Source: an uncultured candidate division Zixibacteria bacterium (lineage in GTDB: Bacteria; Zixibacteria; MSB-5A5; GN15; PGXB01). Taken from it: 64,000 bases of DNA. Below the pieces are notes generated by a model. The model was not told the origin of the DNA. It saw nothing but the letters and a program-made list of their open reading frames with translations, and did not search any database. The translations under genes and the position numbers were made by a program. Of the stretch, positions 40,678 to 51,427 are shown piece by piece. Numbering within the stretch: position 1 is the stretch's first letter; each line of letters opens with the position of its first letter. The stretch is from positions 3,392,001-3,456,000 of the forward strand of contig OY969724.1 of the NCBI GenBank assembly GCA_963702205.1. The letters are read 5' to 3'.

Positions 40678-42354
40678 TCAATCGGAATTTATAAACCAAT
40701 CATGGGCCAGCTTTTCGGTCGCCTTAATAATGTGCTTGTTATATTCCAGCAAGGCTTTGCGCTTGATCAGCCCATTGACGGCTTTATGCAGCAGGACCAT
40801 TTTATCGCGAACCGGTATGATGGCCGGGTAATATTCGTTGTTGAAAAATATCCGAAAACGCTGCCGGAGATGATGATCATCCAGCATTCTCCCGATGGCC
40901 TTTTCCAAAGCGGCGCCGGTCTTGTCCCGGAGCTCTTCTTTGGGAGAAGACATCAGCCCGATCGATTTTTTCAGGTCCTGATTCGCCTTTAAAGCCAGTT
41001 TCCAGCATTCCACCAGACCGAGGGAATTGATCACCAGCACGTTGACGGTAACCTTATTGTTCTCGAAATCGCCCTCGACGCCTTTGGCAAACGGGATGAA
41101 ATAATTGTCCGTAATCGCACCGAATGCGCTGATTCCCCCGGCGAACGGTTCTTCGACAATATCGGACATGGTAAAGTACGGTTTCCTTTCGAATCGGGCG
41201 TCCTGGATCATGATAAATTCTTCTTCGGTGAAATGAAATCGCTCCTTCCACTTGTCTTCAGGGGTAAGATTTTTATTGGTCAGGCTCGACTGGCTGGTCA
41301 ACATTCCTATCGCCTGCCCGCCGCGCCACACGAGCGGCAAAACCCCGATAGCCCATTCGGCCGAGCCGCCGATTTCACCGATCATCGAATTCAATCCCCG
41401 ACCGTCGGGGAATACGACCCCCTCAAGGCCGCACAATACGACCGGCAACAAGTCACCATCCTGATCGAAAGGAGTAGAAATACCGGCAGAATTGAGACTG
41501 TCCATAGCCGGATAGTGACGGTGACGGTCGAGGAAAAACGCACTCAGTTTGGTTGGGTCGTTAACGCCATATGATCTCGCAATAATATCCGCCGCTTCCA
41601 GAAGATCGACTTCACGCGGGTTGAAATCGTTGAAATATGCCCCGCCCGCCCAGCGCTGAACGTAAATGTCGGGCAAATGCCGTTTGACACCCGATTCGGT
41701 CACGAACAAGGCCGTCATCGACGAATGTATCCCCTTGACCGATTTGGTCGTACCTTCCACGACGTCGCTGCCCATCGAAAGCAGCGTGACATTGGCCGGC
41801 ATGGTCAAACCGTATTGCGACTGGTGGTGTTCCTTGCCGAAAACGGCGCCGACCGCGATAGTCGGGTTACCGCCCGGCTCTTTGCCCGGCTTCGGGCGGG
41901 CTCCTTCGGTTATGGCCGATTCGATCAGGACTTCTTCACCTATAGGCAGCTTATCCGTGGTGGACTGAAGGACTTCCGCCATCACCTGGGCCGCCGTCCG
42001 GTCATTGGCCCGCTTCAATTGGTTGATGACTTCATTGGTCTGTTTGACTTTGGGAATATCATTCAGACTGCCGCGTCCGTGCAGTCCTACGGCTATGGCG
42101 GACAGCCCCGCCGACAAAAGAACCGACTGCCGCAACTTGCGGTTTCTCAAAGCCCCCAGATTCGACTTTTTGTTAATCTCTCCGCTGAGGGTGATGATGG
42201 TGCACGATTCAAGGACCAGATCGTAATTGGTCAAGGCGTCGTGATGGCGATGATTGAATTCGATCACACGGTCATCATCGAATACGAATTCTTCACAACA
42301 ACCGGTATATGATAACCGCCGGTCGGCTATATTGAAACGAAGATCATTGTGCAT
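40678..42354 (-). CDS. Extended class II fructose-1,6-bisphosphatase (GlpX-like)
   Basis: EG, SDVVEGT, DRHRH, DGDL, IGGSAE, GAITD correspond in order to GlpX motifs; extra N- and C-terminal segments. Confidence 0.65.
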   Translation of the reverse strand: MHNDLRFNIADRRLSYTGCCEEFVFDDDRVIEFNHRHHDALTNYDLVLESCTIITLSGEINKKSNLGALRNRKLRQSVLLSAGLSAIAVGLHGRGSLNDIPKVKQTNEVINQLKRANDRTAAQVMAEVLQSTTDKLPIGEEVLIESAITEGARPKPGKEPGGNPTIAVGAVFGKEHHQSQYGLTMPANVTLLSMGSDVVEGTTKSVKGIHSSMTALFVTESGVKRHLPDIYVQRWAGGAYFNDFNPREVDLLEAADIIARSYGVNDPTKLSAFFLDRHRHYPAMDSLNSAGISTPFDQDGDLLPVVLCGLEGVVFPDGRGLNSMIGEIGGSAEWAIGVLPLVWRGGQAIGMLTSQSSLTNKNLTPEDKWKERFHFTEEEFIMIQDARFERKPYFTMSDIVEEPFAGGISAFGAITDNYFIPFAKGVEGDFENNKVTVNVLVINSLGLVECWKLALKANQDLKKSIGLMSSPKEELRDKTGAALEKAIGRMLDDHHLRQRFRIFFNNEYYPAIIPVRDKMVLLHKAVNGLIKRKALLEYNKHIIKATEKLAHDWFINSD

Positions 42355-42503
42355 AGAGAACCTAAAATATGTTTAAATACTCGTTATTCTCAAGATTGAT
42401 TTCAGCATACATTTTTCATAGTAAACATATCATAAAATCCTTTAAAAAGCAAAAAGTTCGGACAAAAATAAGATTGAAAATCGGAGGAATCTTTTATAAG
42501 CGG

Positions 42504-45401
42504 CTAAGCACGGGCGTTTTGACCGACCGGAACTACCTGAGCGGGCTTCTTCGGGAGATGAGTCTCAATAAGTTCATACAGGCGTTCGGGATTAATCGGT
42601 TTGGAAATGTGATCATTCATTCCCGCCGCCAGGCATCTCTGGCGGTCGCCTTCCATAGCGCTGGCAGTCAGAGCGATTATCGGGACCTGATTATTGAGAT
42701 TATTGGCATCGTCCCGGATTTTTTGAGAGGCTTCCAAACCACCCATAACGGGCATCTGTATATCCATCAGGATAAGGTCGAATACGTCAGCCCGTGTTTT
42801 ATCCACGGCCTGACGGCCGTCGGTGGCAACCGTAACTTTATAGCCTTTTTTTGCCAGCAGCTTTTGAGCCAGCTTAACATTGATTAAATTGTCTTCGACC
42901 AGCAGGATACTGTATGAAAGCCCTGGTTCCCCCGCTTTCACATGGCCGGCACGACCCTCAGTGGAAGGTTCGTGTGCTTTTGTTTTTTTCATAATATGTT
43001 TTGCAAACCGCGAGATCAAAAGATCAAAAATGGCCGAATGCCACAACGGCTTGCGTACGTGGATGTATTTCGTATCTCCGAGATCGATATCCGCCGCCGA
43101 ATCGGGCGTCCCGCTGTCCGCCAATATTATCAAATGATTTTTGGAAAGTTTCAGCGATGAAATGACCGCTTTCAGACAAACTCGGTTTTCTTCCGTCGGT
43201 TCACAATCGACAATAACCAATTCAAACTTACCGGAATTATTGCTTCCCGGTCTTAACATTTCCTCACATTGTTCCATTTTGCCGCAAGCCGTAACACTCC
43301 ACCCCCATTGATAAAGCAGCCGTGCGAGAATTTCTCTGTTGGAATCATTTTTCATCAAAATGAGGGCCCGGATATTCTCGAATATCCGCGATTCTATTTC
43401 ATTTTTGCAGGCCGCCTCCGAGACGGCATCGGATTTGACCGTAAAATGGAAGGTTGTGCCCGGACCGCCGAGTTCTTTTTGATTGGTTGGACTCTCCACC
43501 CAAATTTTCCCGTCCATCAATTCCACGATCATTTTCGAGATACTCGTTCCCAGGCCGGTTCCGCCGTAAAGTCTCGTGATGGAATTATCACCCTGGCTAA
43601 AGCTTTCGAATATTTTGTCGTGCTTTTCGGGCGGGATACCGACCCCGGTGTCGGATATTGCGAAATGCAGCCGGTACGGTTGCTGACTATCCCCCGGTTC
43701 GGCGGAAACGCGGAGTGATATTTCTCCTTCTTGCGTGAACTTGATGGCATTCCCGGTCAGGTTGATAATCACCTGGCGAAGCCGTCCCGGATCGCCTTTA
43801 ATCGTCTCAGGTATCGACGGTGAGATATCATAAACCAGTTCCAGATTTTTCTCGCAGGCCTGAAAACCCAATGTCCGCAGCGCTTCTTCGACTTCGGATA
43901 TCAGATTAAATTCGACCACGTCGAGATACATCTGACCCGCTTCGACTTTTGAAAAATCCAGAATGTCATTGATAACTCTCAACAGGTAGCGCGAGGATGA
44001 CTCCACCATCTCGAGAGATTCCCTCTGCTCCGAAGTCAGTCTCGTTTCCAGGCAGAGAGCCGTCATGCCGATAATCCCGTTCATGGGGGTGCGGATTTCA
44101 TGGCTCATATTGGCCAGGAATTCGCTCTTTGCCTTTGAAGCCGCTTCCGCCTCTTGTTTGGATTTTTCCAATGCTTCGACCAGCCCGGCGAGTCGTTTTG
44201 TGTTCTCTTCAAGAGCTTTGAGGTTCTTTTTACGTTCGGTTATGTCTTCGATAATATTTCCAATGTATATCGTTTTTCCGGAATCGTCTTTAATACTGAA
44301 AATATTCTGATTGCATGGCATCTTTCGGCCTTTCAGCGAAACCAAATCCGATTCTGTAAGCTGACGGGTGCCGGTTGCAGCCATCTCTGCCACACCCATA
44401 TTGATCGAATGCTCTGCTTCGGTCGGGTAGAAATCCGTTATGGGCTTGCCGACTGAGCCTTTGCCGGTGGGATCATCCAGCATTTCACACAGAGTCGGAT
44501 TATGGTAAATCGTAAAACCTTCCAGGCTGGCCACCCCCATTCCGAGCGGGGCCATCTCGAAAAACTTCTTGAAAATGGCCGACTGCTCCTCGGCGGCGCG
44601 ACGGACGGATATCTGGTCCTGCAATTCCATGGTCCGTTCACGGACGCGGCTTTCCAGTTCATCACGAGCCCTCTTGAGCGCCTGATCGCTGTGCTCGATG
44701 CGATCCAGCATTTTATTGAACTCTCCGCTCAGCAGTGCCAGATCATCGCTCCCTTCCGCTTTGACCCTGATGGAAAAATCATAAGTTTTTGAGACTTCGC
44801 GAACCGCCCCCACCAGTTTTTTGATGGGATCGGTTATAGTCTTGTGCGAAAATTGCGACAGTCCGAAGACTATAATCAACCCGAATAAAATCATGAGTGA
44901 CAAGGCCAGAGTGCTCGCCCGCGCGACGTCGTGAAAGACTTTCAGGTCATACTGAAGATAAAGCACGCCATAGTACGAGCCCCCGTTCATTATTCTTTCG
45001 TACACCTCCACGTATTCATCGCCGAAATCGACCACATAATTTTCCTGCCCGGCCACGAAAGAAAGCATTTGGGCCGTCGCAATCTGGCAGGTGCTGTCGG
45101 TCCCTTTGAATTTGGCGAAAAGCACTCCGGAATTGTCCAGCAGACGGGCCCCTATGATTTTCTCGTCATCTTTCAAAGTGCCGAGAATGCGGGTCGCCAT
45201 TTCAGGATCGTTCGACATCAATGACGGGATGCTTTGCACACCAATCAAATGGGCAATTGAATTGAGTTTGGCAGCGGTCACATTTTTGAGAACTCTGGTA
45301 TCGTATATTTTAAGGGCTACTGTACAGACGATCAGGACGATCAACGCCGTGACAAGCTGTATAAAAAACAGCCGACTCTTTATGGATTTGCCCCTGAACA
45401 T
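42504..45401 (-). CDS. Hybrid sensor histidine kinase (periplasmic sensor-HAMP-PAS-HisKA-HATPase-degenerate REC-REC)
   Basis: [43 protein letters not shown]. Confidence 0.93.
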   Translation of the reverse strand: MFRGKSIKSRLFFIQLVTALIVLIVCTVALKIYDTRVLKNVTAAKLNSIAHLIGVQSIPSLMSNDPEMATRILGTLKDDEKIIGARLLDNSGVLFAKFKGTDSTCQIATAQMLSFVAGQENYVVDFGDEYVEVYERIMNGGSYYGVLYLQYDLKVFHDVARASTLALSLMILFGLIIVFGLSQFSHKTITDPIKKLVGAVREVSKTYDFSIRVKAEGSDDLALLSGEFNKMLDRIEHSDQALKRARDELESRVRERTMELQDQISVRRAAEEQSAIFKKFFEMAPLGMGVASLEGFTIYHNPTLCEMLDDPTGKGSVGKPITDFYPTEAEHSINMGVAEMAATGTRQLTESDLVSLKGRKMPCNQNIFSIKDDSGKTIYIGNIIEDITERKKNLKALEENTKRLAGLVEALEKSKQEAEAASKAKSEFLANMSHEIRTPMNGIIGMTALCLETRLTSEQRESLEMVESSSRYLLRVINDILDFSKVEAGQMYLDVVEFNLISEVEEALRTLGFQACEKNLELVYDISPSIPETIKGDPGRLRQVIINLTGNAIKFTQEGEISLRVSAEPGDSQQPYRLHFAISDTGVGIPPEKHDKIFESFSQGDNSITRLYGGTGLGTSISKMIVELMDGKIWVESPTNQKELGGPGTTFHFTVKSDAVSEAACKNEIESRIFENIRALILMKNDSNREILARLLYQWGWSVTACGKMEQCEEMLRPGSNNSGKFELVIVDCEPTEENRVCLKAVISSLKLSKNHLIILADSGTPDSAADIDLGDTKYIHVRKPLWHSAIFDLLISRFAKHIMKKTKAHEPSTEGRAGHVKAGEPGLSYSILLVEDNLINVKLAQKLLAKKGYKVTVATDGRQAVDKTRADVFDLILMDIQMPVMGGLEASQKIRDDANNLNNQVPIIALTASAMEGDRQRCLAAGMNDHISKPINPERLYELIETHLPKKPAQVVPVGQNARA

Positions 45402-45624
45402 ATCGATAAAATCCCAACCGTCGCATTAATAGCGGCCGGTCTTGAAATACACTCAATGCCCCCTTCGCATTGTATATTTTGATTTCGGCAGCAGTTTGTA
45501 GCCGCCCTTAATTCTCTATATCGGCAACAGGATGATATTAATTAGCGACTAACGTATTGACATAAAAACGGTTACGGGCCTGCGTGCTTAATCTACCGCA
45601 ACTCCGTTTGAAAAATGAAAGGTG

Positions 45625-46461
45625 TTATAAAAGTTCGCGGACGGCCGATGCGGGATGGTTCGGATCAAATTTCACTATCGCCAGTTCCGGGCCGCTGTGG
45701 GCCGCCGAAATGCAGATCGTGTCGCCGATGCGATCCTGCCACGATCCGGTCACCGATGGCGACTCGTGGATATGCCCGCTCAGCACCACAAGGGGCCGCC
45801 GCTCTTCGATCAATCTCCGCAACGCAACACTTCCGACATTACGGTCTTCCTCGGGAATGCCGGCCCAGCCCAGACGGTCGAGATTGGTCTTATGCGGCGG
45901 GGTGTGGATCATCAATATGGCCCGGCCCAAGTCATCCTGACCGGTCAATTCGTTCAGATCGGCGGCGATGGTCCGGCTGCGGTATTCATCGGCGTCGAAT
46001 TGCACCGTGTGTATGCCCTTGTCCGGAGCCATGCAGCCGTTTCTCAGGGTAAAATCGATATCGTAGCGCTCCCAGTCCTTAAGACGAAACGGCGTCGGGG
46101 GCACGTACGTATATCCGTAAATGGTGCATTCTCCCAGTGTCGCTTTTTTGAAATGAACGTACTCCCACAACCCGTTCTTCTGCGCTTCGATAAAAGTCTT
46201 CTCGGTACGGCGGACGTCGTCGTTGCCCATTATAAGAAACACCCGGGGATACTTATCGCCCAGGCGCGTTTTGGCATGTCTGAATTCTTTAAGCAAAAAG
46301 TCATGCAGAAAATCCGCCCCGCCGCCACCGGACATATATCCGTGGGGAAGCAGGTCGCCCCCGAACAGGACCGAATCGGGAACTTCTTTTTCGATCGCGG
46401 CCAGCAGTTTGTTGTACCGCGATTCCGATCCGTGCAGGTCGGCCACGAAAAAACAGCGCAT
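45625..46461 (-). CDS. Calcineurin-like metallophosphoesterase
   Basis: ADLHG, GGDL, GNDD, HTPP, GHIHE. Confidence 0.9.
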   Translation of the reverse strand: MRCFFVADLHGSESRYNKLLAAIEKEVPDSVLFGGDLLPHGYMSGGGGADFLHDFLLKEFRHAKTRLGDKYPRVFLIMGNDDVRRTEKTFIEAQKNGLWEYVHFKKATLGECTIYGYTYVPPTPFRLKDWERYDIDFTLRNGCMAPDKGIHTVQFDADEYRSRTIAADLNELTGQDDLGRAILMIHTPPHKTNLDRLGWAGIPEEDRNVGSVALRRLIEERRPLVVLSGHIHESPSVTGSWQDRIGDTICISAAHSGPELAIVKFDPNHPASAVRELL

Positions 46462-46508
46462 AACCCATCTTATGAATTTTCATGATATATTGCCAGATAT
46501 AATTCAAT

Positions 46509-46538
46509 AAAAAAGGCCGGTGAACGATCACCGACCTT
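46509..46538 (-). terminator. Terminator after the dsrK-like gene
   Basis: AAAAAAGGCCGGTGA-loop-TCACCGACCTT. Confidence 0.7.
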
Positions 46539-46559
46539 CGGAAACAACGTAAGAATCTA

Positions 46560-48173
46560 TCAATGGAACTCATCCCATTCGACAAAGCCGTCTTTGACGT
46601 CGGTCATGGCATTGACAACCAATTCCACCAGACCGCCGTACTGCATATGGACTCTCTCCCAGGCGTCGTAATAGGTAATCAAATCGCGAATCTGTCCCTT
46701 GCAGTTGGAACAGGGTGCGCAGACGTATTTGTTCTTCGACGGATCGAGTTCTTCGTGCGTGAAAGCTTCGAGAATCTGCCGGAATTTGCGCCGTCCCGAA
46801 ACCGCCGAACGCCAGTTCGGGAAATTGTTCGACTGCATGATGGCAAAACCGCTGCCGCCGCCGCAGCAGTAATTGTGGACGCCGTGCGGGGTCATTTCAC
46901 GGAACTGCGGGCAGATTTTCTTGATGACGTTTCGCTGCGGCATGATGATACCCATCGAGCGGGTGATATTGCACGGGTCGTGCAGCGTTACCGGGAAGTT
47001 GTTCCGTTCCGGGTCGTACTTGATCTTGTTGTTCAGGATGATGTCTTCCAGCGTCACGAAGCACGATTCTCTCGGGATATTTTCTTCCTGCAGCCAGATA
47101 CGATCCCCGATCGCCATGGCGGCTTTGTGGGCGTGGCCGCACTCACCCATCACGACTTTTTTGACACCGAGCTTCTTGGCGATCTCGGCGTGCTTGAGCG
47201 TCACCCGGGCGTACTGGGCGTCGTCGTAGAAAAGGCCATAGTTGACTGAATCATAACCAACCAGGTCGCTCGACATGGTCCAGCTCAGACCCGCCGCTTC
47301 GAAAATGACGGCGAACGCTTCGACGTTCTCCGGCCAGGACAAAAACTCCCCGGCATTATGAATCAGCAATATATCGGCACCCGCTTTATCGAACGGAAAT
47401 TTAACCGAAAGACCGGTCCTATCGGTCAGGTCTTCCTCGGCGAATTCCATCATATCCATCAGAGCCACGGGTGAAATACCGGTCGACGACCCCGTCGCCA
47501 ATTGCTTGACGGTTCCGTCGGCGTGCAGTTCCTGTGGTGCGATCCCCAGTTCCTGGCTGAACAGCTTGCGGATTTCGCGAGCCAGCAGGCCATTGTCGAC
47601 ACCCATCGGGCACGTCTGCGCGCACCGGCGGCAGAGAGTGCAGCGGTACGACATCTGGGCCAGGCGGGCGACCGTCTCCCAGTTCAGATCGATATCGGCC
47701 CCGGTGAATTTGGCCGTAAGCTTCCCCCCCGGCTTGATATACTTGCGGATAATTCTCCTCAGCGTATCCGACCGGAAAAGCGGGCGGTATATTTCCAGCC
47801 GTCCGCTCTCATTGAAAACCGGACAGGCCGCGCTGCACGTATTGCATTTGACGCAGTTATCCAGCGAAAGCATAAACGGTCTTAAAAAGGTCCAGTTGCT
47901 GTCCTTGTTCAGCAGCTTCCGGAGGCCATTTAAAAATTTCGCGACCATTTCCTTTTTGGCCTCTTCCGTTTCAGGGACCGGCACCTTGACGTTTAAAACG
48001 CCATCGAGGGAAAGATCAATTCCGGCCCGTTTGTTTTCCGGCACTTCGGGCAGGTCGGGATCGACCCAGTCCTCGTATGGGTACGGAAGTTTCGGCAGTT
48101 CTTTGAAATCGAATTGGAACAGCCTGTCGACGTCTTTGCCGAGGTCTTTTATGCGAATATCTTTATCAGTCAT
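46560..48173 (-). CDS. dsrK: DsrK/HdrD-like Fe-S CCG-domain oxidoreductase
   Basis: CVKCNTCSAACP and CTLCRRCAQTCP; ECGH, HDPCN, CCGGGSG, PCSNC. Overlaps the upstream membrane subunit. Confidence 0.75.
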   Translation of the reverse strand: MTDKDIRIKDLGKDVDRLFQFDFKELPKLPYPYEDWVDPDLPEVPENKRAGIDLSLDGVLNVKVPVPETEEAKKEMVAKFLNGLRKLLNKDSNWTFLRPFMLSLDNCVKCNTCSAACPVFNESGRLEIYRPLFRSDTLRRIIRKYIKPGGKLTAKFTGADIDLNWETVARLAQMSYRCTLCRRCAQTCPMGVDNGLLAREIRKLFSQELGIAPQELHADGTVKQLATGSSTGISPVALMDMMEFAEEDLTDRTGLSVKFPFDKAGADILLIHNAGEFLSWPENVEAFAVIFEAAGLSWTMSSDLVGYDSVNYGLFYDDAQYARVTLKHAEIAKKLGVKKVVMGECGHAHKAAMAIGDRIWLQEENIPRESCFVTLEDIILNNKIKYDPERNNFPVTLHDPCNITRSMGIIMPQRNVIKKICPQFREMTPHGVHNYCCGGGSGFAIMQSNNFPNWRSAVSGRRKFRQILEAFTHEELDPSKNKYVCAPCSNCKGQIRDLITYYDAWERVHMQYGGLVELVVNAMTDVKDGFVEWDEFH

Positions 48174-49083
48174 TTTTCGGCTCCTTCGCAACTTCGCCCC
48201 AGCTCTTCCCGGTTTGGATGTGCCCGGCGGACCAGCCCACCGGCCGTCCCAGAAGATTCACTATCCGTCGCTCGATCCTGCTGCCCCGCGCATTGGGAGT
48301 ATCGTTCCACCTGACGGCATGATACAGGAAGTACTTGGCCACGAAATGCGACATCCTCGTCAGCGGGATATAAAGTATAATCAGCGAAATCAGGACCAGT
48401 TCGGCCGCAAACAGGCCGCTGGGAACAGTCGCGTTCGAAAACGAAACCAGCGACGCGACATACGACCGCGTGTATACAAACGAGGGGTCGGCGCCAAGCT
48501 GGCAAATCAGCGTCACGGCGGTCACCGCCACGAAGAACAGCAGGTTGAAATATTCAATAGGCGCATTGAATTTTCTCTGGTCCTTGTCACCCAGACGCCA
48601 AAACAAAAGCCCAATCGCACCCAGCCCGGCCAATACCAGGCCGATATAGCCGACCGGTATCGTAACCGCGTGGACAATCGCTCCAAAGCCCGAAGCCTGC
48701 GGACCGACGGCAACCCCGGCCAACTGAAGAATCGCTCCGAAAAGCAGCAGCACCAGCCAGCCGATGGTCACATACAATCCGAAATGGAAAGGAAAGCTGA
48801 AATACCACAGGGTTTTTTTATTGTGAAAAATGCCCTTCAGGAAAATTATCTCCTCACCCATTTCTTTGAATTCATTAATCAGGTCGGAATGACGCGGCTT
48901 GGTCCACCAGTCCAATTCTTCCAGGTACGACCCGCCATACGATGATCGGCCCTTTTCGTGCGGGACCGGGTACAGCTCCCAGCGCATGGACTCCGGGGCG
49001 GTCGCGTAACGGTATGCCTTATAAAACATCGCCGCAAACGACACGATAAGCGAGATGTAAGTTATAATCTGTACTGCCGGCAT
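48166..49083 (-). CDS. dsrM: DsrM/NarI-like membrane cytochrome b subunit
   Basis: RWELYPVPHE, FPFHFGLY, YIPLTRMSHF; about six TM helices. Confidence 0.72.
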   Translation of the reverse strand: MPAVQIITYISLIVSFAAMFYKAYRYATAPESMRWELYPVPHEKGRSSYGGSYLEELDWWTKPRHSDLINEFKEMGEEIIFLKGIFHNKKTLWYFSFPFHFGLYVTIGWLVLLLFGAILQLAGVAVGPQASGFGAIVHAVTIPVGYIGLVLAGLGAIGLLFWRLGDKDQRKFNAPIEYFNLLFFVAVTAVTLICQLGADPSFVYTRSYVASLVSFSNATVPSGLFAAELVLISLIILYIPLTRMSHFVAKYFLYHAVRWNDTPNARGSRIERRIVNLLGRPVGWSAGHIQTGKSWGEVAKEPKND

Positions 49084-49128
49084 TAATGCAACTCCTCTTT
49101 ATTTATCTTTGCTCTCATTCTTCAATAC

Positions 49129-49635
49129 CTACGGGCACCCCTGGGCGGCCACGTCGTCGCTGTCCCGCATAACCTCATCGGGATTCGCGTACGGCACCTC
49201 CTGATATTCGGACCGGACGCGGTTGATCCAGTTCTTGTCGATCAGGTCGGCCAGCGTAAATTCCTCGAGCGTCTGCATGACGCGGTGATTGACCAGCGCC
49301 CAGATCAGTCTCGTCTCGCAGAAGCAGCTCGCCAGACAAATATCCGGACGGCTGACACATTCGGTCAGGCCGATCGGACCTATCAGGGCGGTAACCACAT
49401 CGGCGACTTTAATCTGGTCCGCGCCGTGAGCCAGCCGGTAGCCGCCGTTCTTTCCCGAAACACCGATCAACAGCCCGGCCCCTTTCAGCGACATCGCCAG
49501 TTGTGCCAAATAGTTTTCGGACAAAGCCGTAATACGGGCAATCTTGCCCAGATGGGTCAGTTCGTCGCCGTTGTTGGCGCGCGCCAATTCGACCATCATC
49601 CTAAGTCCGTATCTGGCTCTTGTAGAAAACTTCAT
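49129..49635 (-). CDS. Rrf2-family (IscR-like) regulator
   Basis: STRARYGLR, YL.QL...L, G..GGY.L; Cys cluster ECVSRPDICLASCFC. Confidence 0.92.
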   Translation of the reverse strand: MKFSTRARYGLRMMVELARANNGDELTHLGKIARITALSENYLAQLAMSLKGAGLLIGVSGKNGGYRLAHGADQIKVADVVTALIGPIGLTECVSRPDICLASCFCETRLIWALVNHRVMQTLEEFTLADLIDKNWINRVRSEYQEVPYANPDEVMRDSDDVAAQGCP

Positions 49636-49675
49636 ATTTATATTCTCTGCATATTAGACGCTAAACATTAGTAAA

Positions 49676-49720
49676 ATGATAAGTTTTATAACAAAAAATG
49701 TCAAGTGAATCTTTTCACTT
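49676..49720 (-). promoter_or_regulatory. Promoter with Rex-like operator overlapping the -35 box
   Basis: TTGACA-N17-TATCAT on the minus strand; palindrome AAGTGAA-N4-TTCACTT at 49703-49720; weaker second box at 49774-49791. Confidence 0.7.
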
Positions 49721-49821
49721 AAAATGAAATCTATGAATTGCTAAGCTATTAATATATACTAAGATAATAATTCTAGTGAAATATTTTCCGACACTTAATT
49801 GAATAAAGCGGGATTTGGGTC

Positions 49822-51129
49822 TTACGGACACGACGGATCGGGGCCACTGCCGTAGATCGAGTCGATCAGATACAAGATATCCAGCAAATTCAGACTTTGG
49901 TCGGAATTTACATCGCCCGACTCCGGCGGGTCCGGATCAAGTCCGTCACCATAGATAGCATCTATCAAATACAAAATATCAAGCAGGTTTATGGCTTCAT
50001 CGCCGTTGCAGTCACCGCATACGAAATTGCCATTCGTCAGATTTAAAAACACCGCGAAGTTATCGTCCCAGAAATTGGCCACGGCCAGATCAATATCCCG
50101 GTTAGCGTCAAAATCCGTCGTGCAAATAGCCACCGGGCAGTCTCCGGCCGGGTAGGTCGCGGCGTTTACGAATATCCCGTCACCCTGATTCATAAGAACC
50201 GTAATATCATCCGAAAGGCTGTTGGCCGTGACAATATCAATGTCGCCGTCAAAGTCGATATCAAGCAGGCCTATATCGGCCGGCCACTGCCCCACTTCGT
50301 AATCGACCGCCGGTGCGAAAGTACTGTCACCGTTATTAAGTATGATTGAAACCGAATTGCCGTCATAATTGGCGATAGCCAGGTCGATCGTATTGTTGCC
50401 GTCCAGAAGTCCCGCGGCGAGAGCGTACGGCCCGGTTCCGGCATTGTGATTGAGCGGAGGATCGAACGTGGCGTCGCTGTGATTGAACATGACGGAAATC
50501 ATGCCGGGATTGTAATTCGCAAGGATCAAATCCTCTCCCCTGGCTCGGTCCAGATCGGCGGCAGCCACAGCGGTCGGGCTGCCCCCAACCGAATGAGAGA
50601 CGGCCGGGAAAAACGTCCCGCCTCCCTGATTGTGAAATATGGAAACATCGTTCGACTGGGTATTAGCTGAGGCCAGATCGATGTGACCATCGCGATCAAA
50701 ATCGGCAGCGCAAAGCGACCTCGGCATAGATCCGGCCGCATATGTGACGGCGTCGTCGAACTCCCCGTCGCCGTGACCCCAGAATACCGAAATATCATTA
50801 CTGCCGTTATTGGCACAAACCAGGTCAACATATGAATCTCCATTTAGCAGCCCGGCATAGATCGAAACCGGGTACGTGCCTGTAACACAACTGTCCGAAA
50901 CTGTAAACTGGTTGTTTCCAGTGCTCAGCATGACGATTATCGCATCAGCGCCTGAGACAACCACGGCAACGTCCGGCTCACCGTCGTTATTGAAATCTTT
51001 CGATACAATATCGCGGGGAAACGACCCGGCCGGGTAAAAAACAGGTTCAGAAAAAATAGCGCCCTGGGCGTAAATATTGGAGAATGTCGCCCACAAACCG
51101 ATATACAGTATGAGTAAGACGGGTTTCAT
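49822..51129 (-). CDS. Secreted FG-GAP repeat protein with C-terminal dockerin-like domain
   Basis: Seven D.N.DG..DL..AN repeats; CGDCNGDEAINLLDILYLI and GDVNSDQSLNLLDILYLI. Confidence 0.9.
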   Translation of the reverse strand: MKPVLLILYIGLWATFSNIYAQGAIFSEPVFYPAGSFPRDIVSKDFNNDGEPDVAVVVSGADAIIVMLSTGNNQFTVSDSCVTGTYPVSIYAGLLNGDSYVDLVCANNGSNDISVFWGHGDGEFDDAVTYAAGSMPRSLCAADFDRDGHIDLASANTQSNDVSIFHNQGGGTFFPAVSHSVGGSPTAVAAADLDRARGEDLILANYNPGMISVMFNHSDATFDPPLNHNAGTGPYALAAGLLDGNNTIDLAIANYDGNSVSIILNNGDSTFAPAVDYEVGQWPADIGLLDIDFDGDIDIVTANSLSDDITVLMNQGDGIFVNAATYPAGDCPVAICTTDFDANRDIDLAVANFWDDNFAVFLNLTNGNFVCGDCNGDEAINLLDILYLIDAIYGDGLDPDPPESGDVNSDQSLNLLDILYLIDSIYGSGPDPSCP

Positions 51130-51186
51130 TGCTTATCCCGTTATTGCCAAACGAATTATATTGACGGCAAGTAAACAGTTAAAGAT

Positions 51187-51300
51187 AATATAGCCTGTGG
51201 GGCCGTTATGTCAACATCACAATTCACCCTTAATGCGATCTTAATGCGTATAAACATAGGCTATATGAATGGTTGACATACTGGAAAAAGTTGATATTAT
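51187..51300. promoter_or_regulatory. Divergent sigma70-type promoters
   Basis: Minus strand TTGACA-N16-TATATT (51214-51187); plus strand TTGACA-N16-TATTAT (51273-51300). Confidence 0.5.
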
Positions 51301-51427
51301 GAAATATACCGCCCCTGGATACTGCTTTGAAGATTTTATGATCGAACCATCGTTACCCTTTATCGGTTCCATATAATAGAGTATTGCTGTGCCTGTGGGT
51401 AAATAAAGTTAAAAAGGAAAAACAACT

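Noticed and set aside
47506..48945. 479-aa plus-strand ORF; likewise 24807-25937, 35514-36641 and 45655-46485
   Set aside because: Antisense to well-supported genes and with no recognisable motifs.
46560..49083. Concluding that the organism is a sulfate reducer
   Set aside because: dsrAB, dsrC, sat and aprAB are not in the window; DsrMK-like genes and SulP alone are insufficient.
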